From NCBI GenBank assembly GCA_044221725.1, contig JBGAON010000001.1:672001-736000 (forward strand): 64,000 bases of DNA. The letters run 5' to 3'. The stretch is from Elusimicrobiota bacterium. GTDB lineage: Bacteria > Elusimicrobiota > Elusimicrobia > F11. Shown here one piece after another: positions 30,976 to 39,372 of this stretch (the first letter of the stretch is position 1; the number at the start of each line of letters is the position of its first letter). Both the position numbers and the translations under genes were made by a program. The notes below the pieces were generated by a model. The model ran no database searches. It was given only the letters and a program-made list of their open reading frames with translations, and was not told the DNA's origin.

Positions 30976-33900
30976 ATGCGAAAATCGTCCTCCCTTTCGA
31001 AAATATTTTCCGCGTCGCTGTGTACCGTTTATTTCGCTACAAATTGCACTTTCGCGTATTCCGCCGAAGTTAATTTTTGGACCGAACGACGGCAAGCTTC
31101 GACGTTACCAACGCCGTTGCCCCGGCATGTCTCTGTCCAGGGCGCCCTTTTTTCCTCTCTCGCCTCCTGTGGCACCGTCCGCAAAATATTAAGACCCTCC
31201 GGCATTGCGAAGTCCACGGTTCTCCATATTCAGGATGTGCACATGAACGGGGACGCGCAGAAATATATCGGGAACGCGCTTTCGCAGCTGATGAAGTCCA
31301 AAAATATTGAATTCGTTGCGCTGGAAGGAGCGTTCGGCGCAATTGATCTTTCCGTATTTCAAACATACTCCGAGCCGCACGCCGTGAAAGCGGCCGCCGA
31401 TTTTCTGCTACGCGAGAACAAGATTTCCGGTGCGATACATGCTCTCTTGGTGAGTCATTCCGCGGTCAACGCTATTGGAATCGACGATGAAACCCACTAC
31501 CGTGCAAACGTGGAAGCGTACCGCCGTTCCGCTCCTCTTATCCCGTCGATAAAAAAGCAACTTGTCGAACAAGAAAAACGGCTTGCCGAAAAAAAGAAGA
31601 ATATTTTTAACTCGCAGCTCGCGGCGTTTGATGCGCAGGTTGCGGCTTATCATGGTGGCGTTGTCAGTATGGCCAATTATGTGAGAGCTCTTTTGAAATA
31701 CGATTCAATGCCGACCAGCAACATTCGGTTGTACGAGAAATGCGTCGCGCTGGAAAACGCATTGGATTTCTCGCGAGTCGAAGCGCAGCGCACGGCACTT
31801 CTTGCTGTTCTAACAAAACGCCTCTCCGAGAATGAAAGCGCTGGGCTCCTCACGGCGACCGCAGATTACCGCAAAGACCGACTTCGACATGCGGATTTTT
31901 ATGGATATCTGAAGAAACTTTGCACATCCAAAGGTATTTCGCTGACACGGTACCCGGCCATGGATGATTATCTTCGGTATGTAACTATGAGCGACGCGAT
32001 CAACGCTGAGAAACTTTTGACCGATATGCGTGTCGCAGAAGCCAGCGTCTACGAGCAGCTCGCGCGCAGCAGCGACGAACGTGCGCTCGTTACGGAATCC
32101 CGGCAGCTTTATTTGATTGGAAGACTCGTCGATTTCTCTTTGACACGCGAGGAATGGAAAGAAATCAAAAAGATACGTCGTGATGCCCAATCCTCTTTGC
32201 GTTCGTTCGAAGATTTTTATGAGCGAGCGGAGTTGCGTGATGAGGCGATGGCGCGCAATCTCTTGAATAAAATCCAACGCACGACATGCGCTGTGCCAAA
32301 TACTGTTGTCTTGGTCACCGGCGGTTTCCACTCCGCCGGTATCGACCAACGCCTCGTTGATGCGGGTTGCACCGTCGTCTCGTTTGTCCCCAAAATTTCT
32401 CACTTGGGGATTGGCAGCGCGAGCAGCGGTGATAGTGCCAAAGAAAACTATCTCAGTGTGTTCACCCAACAAAAGTCGCCGTTGGATTTGCTTTTTGAAG
32501 GCAATCGGTTGTTCCTTTCTCCCGAGCAATGGACGCCTGCCATTCGCGGTTTCGCGGGGGTGCTTGCCACGGCATCGGAAATTCGGTTTTTAGGAAATAA
32601 AGTTTCGCAGCGCCGGATTGAAAATGATTTGTCTCGTTTAACGGGAATCAAAGCGCAGCATGTGGATGTGTATCGAAAAGACAGAATGGTTAATCTCACC
32701 GTTAACCGCGACGTTCGTGTGAAAACCATATTCGACTCGTTCGATAATATTGCTGACGTCAATCAGGAAAAATCGCGTTGGACCGGCGCGCTCTTCACAG
32801 ATCCGTTCCACGAGTGGGGTGTTTTTATTCCGGTGCCGCTGTCGGTGGCGTTCGCATTCTTTACGGCCGGCGTGACGGGATTCGCAGGGTCGCCGTGGAT
32901 CATTGTTTTGACGGCGCTCGGAACCGGGTTCAGTGTTATGGCCTTTTCGTTTATTCCGCTCCACTATGTTTGGACAAACGAAATTCACACGGCCCGGTCT
33001 TATACGTTTTTAAAAGATTTCCGCGCCAAATCCAGCAAGCGGGAAATCTCTCTGTTTGAGTACCGACAGAAACTCGGCGATCTCTTCGTTAAATTTTACG
33101 TCGTCACGTTTGCCGCTGTGATAGCGATCTCCTTGCTGCCGGTTGGTATGGAGCGTCTGACTCCGAAGCAATGGTTCGCACTTTCGTTGGCGGTGCTCGA
33201 CGTTGCGTTGGTTGTTCATCTGTCTCATCACTTGCTGCACAACTTTTTGTTTTGGTTGGGAATAAGGGATATTCCGGGCGCATCTCAGGCGTCACCGAAA
33301 AAGACGGCTCACGATTTGCGCCGTGCGGTTGCAAGGGTCCCTTATCCTGATGCGCTGTTCTTGCTCGAAGCGCTCGAGATCCGATTAATGATGAAGAAAG
33401 AACCACCGACGATGGATTGGGTGATCGATTTCTTCGCCCAGAAAAACAGACGGATAAAACCCACCGCGGATTTCGTTCGTCCTCATTTAATGACTATTTT
33501 CCGCGAGATGCAGAATCTTGGAAGGGTGCGGACCTTCGATGACGAGTTAAAGGAAATATGGGACGCGGTTATTCGCTTGGTGGACGAATCCAGACAGAAT
33601 CCAACCGCGAAGGCAAAGCCAGCTCCAGCGCCGACGAAAGCCGTGGGTATTGCGAACGCCAATTTGGGCGGTTATGAGCAGTTGTTGCTTCGAAGGATGG
33701 TGGACGGACTCACGACGAGTTACCATTTTACGCTGCGCGATATTCAAAATTGGTTTCAATTATTTGATGAGCGCGCTGCGCATAAGAAAGTGCGTGAAAT
33801 CCTGTATCACCTCGAGAGTTATTTCTTGCCCGCCGACATGGACGCCGACCTCACAAAAGCCGTGAAGGAATTCGAGCGCCTCGCGGGCTCCGATGTGGCG

Positions 33901-36900
33901 AACGCCGCGATCACGATCAATACATCAAAATTCACGAGCAAGCGTCCTCTCTCTTACCGTTACCGTCGCGCGCTGAAAAGGGGAATTCTTCCCAATATTC
34001 CGGTGGTGCTGTTTGCGCTGTCGGCCATGGCGCCGCGCATGGTGTTTTTCGATGCCTCCGGCGTTTGGACAATAATTCCCGGTGTCTCAAAGCTCAAGGC
34101 CGTTCGAAAGGTTGGGCCAATTGGAGAAGGCGTCGGCGTTGTGGCGCTTTTTGCTTTGACGATCTCCGTTTGGAAAGTAGGACTGAGTGACTTGTGGTGG
34201 GTCGCGCTCGTAGCGCTCACGCCGTTCGCCATCATTCACGTGCTAAGCCAGATTTGGATGGATATCGATGGTCGCATCGAAACTCGCGGCGTGTTGCCTT
34301 GGAACGATGTTCGAATCTCATCACGCGACGCGATTATCGTGTTTATGCGGTCGTTTGTGCCGAGCGCGGTTTATTATCTTCCTTTCATTTCCGTCGTCCT
34401 GGGTCGTTCGGAAATCCGAGACGTCTCGTTTCTTGTTTTTGAATTTCTGTTGATCCTCTCTTTGATTTGGGCCTTCGGGCGGCACTATCAGGCGAATATG
34501 CGGCGACTCCAAAATCGTCATGTACGTGTCGATGCTGCGTTCGCGAAAAAATTCGCCCGTCGGGTCCGATATGTTTCCGCCTACGGTAAGCCGGGGGCCG
34601 GCAAAGGCACGATTCTCAAACAATTTATTGCCGAACTGAATTCACATCTTCCAGCGAACAAGCAATACGTGGTTCTCACGATGGGCGATATCTTTCGCGC
34701 GCTTGCAAAGAAAAGGAAGGGCGAAGACGCCGGAATATTTGATGCGCTGACGCTGCCAGAGTCTGCCGTGCGCGCGATGGAGTCCGGAAAAATCATCGAT
34801 GATGCGATCGCGCTCGATATATTAAATGAAGCGTTAAAGTTGGAACCGTTCCGCCGTGCGTACGGAATTATTTTTGACGGTTTCCCGCGCAGCTCCGCGC
34901 AGCTTGATGCCCACAATCAAGGAAAAGTCTTCATTAACGAAAGGCCGCTTCACTTGGATTTCAATTTCATTTTGGACATTGAGGATGCCACGATTCGCAC
35001 GCGCGCCGAGAAACGACGCAGCGGCGAGATTCAACGCGCGGACCGGGAAGGCCGCGCGCCGCAAGTGCGACCCGACGATGCGCCAGAAAAAGTGGAAGCG
35101 CGCATTGTTGATTTCAATTCCGTCACACGGCCAGCCGTTGAACGCAAACGTGGCGACGCCGACACGATTGTATTGAACGGCGAGTTGTACCCGAAGGTGG
35201 TCTACCGAAACTTTCTGCTCGAGACGAATCATTGGCTTGATAAACAAGCGCTCTGGCGCCGCTTCGCCGCTCGCGTTGTCGCTCCTTCAATTCTTCTTTC
35301 GACGGTCGGGAGTCTTGCGCCGGCAATGCCAGAGGGGAATACGATCACGATGCTTAATGCCGTGGCCTGGATGACGCTGATGTTCATCCCCGTGCTGCCT
35401 CTTGCGTTCGTCGCTATTTACCGAAAATATGTGCAGCCGCGTCGGGCGTATCGCGCGCCTTCTGCCGACGCACGGGTTGGCACCGGAGTGGATTTTGAAG
35501 TGATTCGCCTAGAGAAGTCGCCCCTTCCGCTTGAAATAAACGTTCCGAAAAATATTTGGCGGCAATTTTCACCGGAAGCCCAACAAAAAATCATTCGGGC
35601 CGCTACGTGGCAAGACAGGCCCCTCGAGAAGAACGTGCAAGGCCGAACGATTCGCGTTTATTTTGACGCGGTTGAGTCGGTTAATGGCGTGGAGTTAGCG
35701 GGCGTCGAATTAAAAGGATTGGTATGGAAAGACCCGAAAACGGGACGCATCCAGCCCCCGCGGATGGAACGATATTTTGGGGGCGGGCGTCGCGCGTCCG
35801 TCATGAAATTCGACCGCTGGTCCCGCCCGGTGTTCGTCGGTGAGAAAGACGCTCCCCAAGGCGCCATGACATTCGATTATGCTGCGAAAGAATGGGTGTC
35901 CGGGCATAAGCTTTGGAGCGAAGCTATGCCGATTGATTTGCCAATTGGGTTCGGAAAACTCATTGGGCCGCGCTCCCAGTTTTTTGATGGCCAGAGCAGA
36001 AAAGATGTTGGCTTTGCCATTCGCGGTATTCGAGACGTTGAAGAAAAGCGGTTGTTGCACGACATCGGCGATCGCCTTAGCGGTTTGCCGTTTGACCTCG
36101 AACGGCCAGCGGCTGTTGATGGCGCGGCGCTCGCCGATATTGACGCGGTCGCCGCTCAAAAATTTCGCGAGTTTGGCCGGTTGCTGCGTTATTTCCACGA
36201 TCGCGGTTTTATTCATGGAAGCCCACACACCGATAACGTGGTTGTCGATGGCGAACGATCGAATTTCAAAGATTTAAACACCGTTATTGAAGAGAAAAAA
36301 AATCCGCGCGATCAGGCCATTGTTCTTCAGCTGTTTGATTTGTCCATCGCATGGACGTCGCTTTTGATCATGAAACGTGAGACGGAATCACTTCTCCAAC
36401 ATCGTCTCCCGATAGAAGTTTTTTGGAATGGCTATTTTGGCGAATTCCTAAAGGAACACGATCCGAACGCTTTCGGTGCGATGGTCGTGAATTTTATACA
36501 TATGGAGGCAACTTCTGCGCCGCTGTTCGAAAGCGATTCCATTGTTACGAAGGTAATCGGGAGCATCGTCGGGCCGTTGCGTCAACCGGATTTTCCGCAA
36601 CCCATTCTTGCGTCCTTGCCCGATACGCGAATTTTGTCACGCGCACGAGTGATGCATGAAATAGAGCGTCTGAAAGGTCTCAGTTACGATGTTTATGTGG
36701 GATTAACCGCTGCATCCAAAGTTCAACAGGTTTTTGTGGATGTGGCCACATTGGCAAGGATGATTGATAAAAACAATCTGCTAGCGGCGTTTCACCGCGG
36801 AAAGTTATTTCTTGTTCATAAAAAACATCCGGCGGCGTACGCGTTTAAGCGGGATGCCCTTGAGCGACGTGCCCGGTGGGAAGAAGTTATGGGCGAACCC

Positions 36901-37161
36901 TACAAAGAAGACCCGCACGCACCGAAAGCGCCGTGGTACGTAAAGTTATTTAAGGGAGAGCAGTTAAATCTTGGCGTTTCGAGTTTTGGAAAGGCGCGAC
37001 GCCGTTCGGGAAATACTCCGGCGCCGCGAAATCCGGTGCCCGTTGCGGCGGATGACAAACGCAGTTACGCGCGCGAGGCGCTGTTCCGAGCTCTTGGCGT
37101 TCGCCGTTCTCCAGCGTCCACGACTGTTACCGACGAGCAAACTCGCCGAAAAGCTGCTTAA
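30976..37161 (+). CDS. Giant (~2061 aa) secreted/membrane multi-domain protein: TraB/EreA-like N-terminal domain, two CPBP-like membrane modules, NMP-kinase-like domain and SelO/kinase-like domain
   Basis: Long uninterrupted ORF; signal-like N-terminus; HIQDVH, LEGA, RDEAM, VTGGFH; GKPGAGKGT...DGFPRS; ELKG...FIHGSPHTDN...FKDL; domain calls from motifs only. Confidence 0.75.
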   Translation: MRKSSSLSKIFSASLCTVYFATNCTFAYSAEVNFWTERRQASTLPTPLPRHVSVQGALFSSLASCGTVRKILRPSGIAKSTVLHIQDVHMNGDAQKYIGNALSQLMKSKNIEFVALEGAFGAIDLSVFQTYSEPHAVKAAADFLLRENKISGAIHALLVSHSAVNAIGIDDETHYRANVEAYRRSAPLIPSIKKQLVEQEKRLAEKKKNIFNSQLAAFDAQVAAYHGGVVSMANYVRALLKYDSMPTSNIRLYEKCVALENALDFSRVEAQRTALLAVLTKRLSENESAGLLTATADYRKDRLRHADFYGYLKKLCTSKGISLTRYPAMDDYLRYVTMSDAINAEKLLTDMRVAEASVYEQLARSSDERALVTESRQLYLIGRLVDFSLTREEWKEIKKIRRDAQSSLRSFEDFYERAELRDEAMARNLLNKIQRTTCAVPNTVVLVTGGFHSAGIDQRLVDAGCTVVSFVPKISHLGIGSASSGDSAKENYLSVFTQQKSPLDLLFEGNRLFLSPEQWTPAIRGFAGVLATASEIRFLGNKVSQRRIENDLSRLTGIKAQHVDVYRKDRMVNLTVNRDVRVKTIFDSFDNIADVNQEKSRWTGALFTDPFHEWGVFIPVPLSVAFAFFTAGVTGFAGSPWIIVLTALGTGFSVMAFSFIPLHYVWTNEIHTARSYTFLKDFRAKSSKREISLFEYRQKLGDLFVKFYVVTFAAVIAISLLPVGMERLTPKQWFALSLAVLDVALVVHLSHHLLHNFLFWLGIRDIPGASQASPKKTAHDLRRAVARVPYPDALFLLEALEIRLMMKKEPPTMDWVIDFFAQKNRRIKPTADFVRPHLMTIFREMQNLGRVRTFDDELKEIWDAVIRLVDESRQNPTAKAKPAPAPTKAVGIANANLGGYEQLLLRRMVDGLTTSYHFTLRDIQNWFQLFDERAAHKKVREILYHLESYFLPADMDADLTKAVKEFERLAGSDVANAAITINTSKFTSKRPLSYRYRRALKRGILPNIPVVLFALSAMAPRMVFFDASGVWTIIPGVSKLKAVRKVGPIGEGVGVVALFALTISVWKVGLSDLWWVALVALTPFAIIHVLSQIWMDIDGRIETRGVLPWNDVRISSRDAIIVFMRSFVPSAVYYLPFISVVLGRSEIRDVSFLVFEFLLILSLIWAFGRHYQANMRRLQNRHVRVDAAFAKKFARRVRYVSAYGKPGAGKGTILKQFIAELNSHLPANKQYVVLTMGDIFRALAKKRKGEDAGIFDALTLPESAVRAMESGKIIDDAIALDILNEALKLEPFRRAYGIIFDGFPRSSAQLDAHNQGKVFINERPLHLDFNFILDIEDATIRTRAEKRRSGEIQRADREGRAPQVRPDDAPEKVEARIVDFNSVTRPAVERKRGDADTIVLNGELYPKVVYRNFLLETNHWLDKQALWRRFAARVVAPSILLSTVGSLAPAMPEGNTITMLNAVAWMTLMFIPVLPLAFVAIYRKYVQPRRAYRAPSADARVGTGVDFEVIRLEKSPLPLEINVPKNIWRQFSPEAQQKIIRAATWQDRPLEKNVQGRTIRVYFDAVESVNGVELAGVELKGLVWKDPKTGRIQPPRMERYFGGGRRASVMKFDRWSRPVFVGEKDAPQGAMTFDYAAKEWVSGHKLWSEAMPIDLPIGFGKLIGPRSQFFDGQSRKDVGFAIRGIRDVEEKRLLHDIGDRLSGLPFDLERPAAVDGAALADIDAVAAQKFREFGRLLRYFHDRGFIHGSPHTDNVVVDGERSNFKDLNTVIEEKKNPRDQAIVLQLFDLSIAWTSLLIMKRETESLLQHRLPIEVFWNGYFGEFLKEHDPNAFGAMVVNFIHMEATSAPLFESDSIVTKVIGSIVGPLRQPDFPQPILASLPDTRILSRARVMHEIERLKGLSYDVYVGLTAASKVQQVFVDVATLARMIDKNNLLAAFHRGKLFLVHKKHPAAYAFKRDALERRARWEEVMGEPYKEDPHAPKAPWYVKLFKGEQLNLGVSSFGKARRRSGNTPAPRNPVPVAADDKRSYAREALFRALGVRRSPASTTVTDEQTRRKAA

Positions 37162-37173
37162 ATAGCGGGCGTT

Positions 37174-37977
37174 ATGCCGGAATTGCCCGAAGTTGAAACC
37201 GTTGTCCGCGGATTGAACCGCCAATTGATTGGTCGGCGCATTGATGCGGTGCAAGTGTTCAAACCGCTCGTTCTCAAAGCCAATCCCAAAACCTTTTCCG
37301 CAACATTGGTTGGACAAACCGTTGATAAGATTTCGCGTCACGGAAAATCTATTTTCTGGACGCTTGCGAACGGCGCCCACGTGAAGATTCATTTGGGTAT
37401 GACGGGCGCCTTATTGTTTCGCGCGAAAGAACACGCGGAGGACCCATACGTTCGAGTAAAATTTCAGCTCGACGATGTTAAGCAAGATTTGGTGTACCGT
37501 GATGTGCGTCAGTTTGGAAAACTGTCGTTAAGTCGCGATCCGTTCGAAAAAAATTGGGGACCCGATGCGTGGGATTCATCGAACAACAAATTGTTTGATG
37601 CGCTCCGCAAGAAAAAGGGAATGATTAAGCATGCGCTGATGAACCAGAACGTGATCGCCGGACTCGGAAATATTTATGTGGATGAGACGCTGTTTCTTTC
37701 TCGGCTTCATCCGAAGAAGCGCCTCGAAAAATTATCCGATAAAGTCGTGATGACCGTTGTCGATTCCGCGCGCGCGGTGCTCGCGAAGTCTCTCGATGCG
37801 GGCGGAACCACGTTTCGTGATTATGTGAACACGGCGGGGCGGCGGGGGGAATTCAAGATTCAACTGAACGTTTACGGTCAAGATTCAAAACCATGCCGTG
37901 TGTGCAAGACGCCGATTAAAAAGATTGTGGTGGCCAGCCGAGGCACGCATTTTTGTCCGCGGTGTCAGAAAAGATAG
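37174..37977 (+). CDS. mutM: Formamidopyrimidine-DNA glycosylase
   Basis: MPELPEVE start, HLGMTG, DVRQFG, GLGNIYVDE, C-terminal Zn finger CRVC...CPRCQ. Confidence 0.97.
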   Translation: MPELPEVETVVRGLNRQLIGRRIDAVQVFKPLVLKANPKTFSATLVGQTVDKISRHGKSIFWTLANGAHVKIHLGMTGALLFRAKEHAEDPYVRVKFQLDDVKQDLVYRDVRQFGKLSLSRDPFEKNWGPDAWDSSNNKLFDALRKKKGMIKHALMNQNVIAGLGNIYVDETLFLSRLHPKKRLEKLSDKVVMTVVDSARAVLAKSLDAGGTTFRDYVNTAGRRGEFKIQLNVYGQDSKPCRVCKTPIKKIVVASRGTHFCPRCQKR

Positions 37978-37990
37978 TCTTGGCGAAGCC

Positions 37991-38062
37991 GGGCAGTTAG
38001 CTCAGCGGAAGAGCATCCGCCTTACACGCGGAGGGTCGGGGGTTCGAACCCCTCACTGCCCA
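37991..38062 (+). tRNA. tRNA-Val(TAC)
   Basis: Acceptor gggcagt/actgccc, anticodon arm tccgc-ctTACac-gcgga, TTCGA loop. Confidence 0.96.
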
Positions 38063-38068
38063 GTTTAA

Positions 38069-39343
38069 TTATCCAAATCGCAACGCCCGAATGATTTGTT
38101 CGAGATCGAGCGAATAGCTGTCGGCTTTCTCTGGTGGCGCGCCGCAAAGAAGGATGTAGCCGCGGCCGCGCCGAACGGTGGCAAACAAATGAATATCGAG
38201 CATCTTTCCGCTGCCCGATACTCCATAATATCGGCCCAAGTATCCGTATCCCGCCTGATAAAGCACATTTCGACCGCTGACGAATTGATAGCCAGAAAAT
38301 TTTGCGAATCGAGTGGCGACGTTCTCGGCGGTTGCTGTCGCCGAGCTTAGCTCCACTGCTTGCAGGCGGCCGTCGCCATCGTTATCGATCGTTCGAAATG
38401 AGATCAATGCCTGTGGATAGTAAAACCCCAGCGTCCAATTGGATGGCACGCGCAGCGATACCTCGTGATATTTGTTCAGATAATCTTGGCCATTCACCTC
38501 GCCCTGTTTGTCTTTGTCGACGCGGGGCAGGTGCGCTTTGATGGCGCTGTAATCTTCGTCGGACGGTTTCGCCAGGGGGCCCATGGTCGGTTGGCCAATC
38601 ATGCTTTCGATGATCTCAATGCGTTGTTTCGTGGACGGGTGGGTTCGGAAATAAAGATCCCAACCCTTCGCGTCCTTTTCGTCCATCGCTTCCAGTTTTT
38701 TCAGGAAACGCAGCGCGCCCTGCGGATCGTAACCGGCGCGCAACATATATTGAAGTCCGAGGTTATCGGCTTCCAATTCGCGCTCGCGACTGTAACCGAG
38801 CATGTAAAGCGATGAGAAAAGATCGGCGGTGTTGGCCACCATGAGCATCGCTTCGGGCCCGACGGTGAGCGCGGCGCCAATGGTGCCCAATACCGTGAGC
38901 GCGTTCTGGCCCATTTCTTTTTGAATCATTTGCACGCCGTGCAGAGCGGCCACGTGACCAATTTCGTGCCCGAGCACCATCGCAAGTTCGGACTCTTCGT
39001 TGACAGCCTCGAGCAGACCGCGCGTGACGAAAACGAAACCTCCGGGTACCGCGAACGCGTTGATAAGGTCGCTATCCAACACCGTGAAATCGTAATCAAC
39101 CGTGGGTCGATCGCAGACCTTCGCGAGCCTTTGTCCCACTTTGTTCACATACGTGGTCACTTGAGAGCTTTCAAGCACCTGATATTCTTCGAGAATCTTC
39201 TTTTTCGTTTCGAGTCCGATCTTTCGTTCGGCTTCCGGAGATAAGAGGCGCGCGTGAACTTTGTGCGTGGCGGGGTTTCGAATACACGCAGCCGCGCCCA
39301 GCAGAGCGGTGCCAACAAAGAAAAGTTTAAATCTGCGAATCAT
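38069..39343 (-). CDS. M48 family zinc metalloprotease lipoprotein with extra C-terminal domain
   Basis: Lipobox AAAC, NAFAVPGG, HEIGH, YSRERELEAD, THP. Confidence 0.92.
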   Translation of the reverse strand: MIRRFKLFFVGTALLGAAACIRNPATHKVHARLLSPEAERKIGLETKKKILEEYQVLESSQVTTYVNKVGQRLAKVCDRPTVDYDFTVLDSDLINAFAVPGGFVFVTRGLLEAVNEESELAMVLGHEIGHVAALHGVQMIQKEMGQNALTVLGTIGAALTVGPEAMLMVANTADLFSSLYMLGYSRERELEADNLGLQYMLRAGYDPQGALRFLKKLEAMDEKDAKGWDLYFRTHPSTKQRIEIIESMIGQPTMGPLAKPSDEDYSAIKAHLPRVDKDKQGEVNGQDYLNKYHEVSLRVPSNWTLGFYYPQALISFRTIDNDGDGRLQAVELSSATATAENVATRFAKFSGYQFVSGRNVLYQAGYGYLGRYYGVSGSGKMLDIHLFATVRRGRGYILLCGAPPEKADSYSLDLEQIIRALRFG

Positions 39344-39372
39344 ATTGGGAATTGTATCATGCGCCAGCGTTC

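Noticed and set aside
34585..35230. Stand-alone adk gene
   Set aside because: The domain is embedded in frame within the 2061-aa ORF with no separate start or stop.
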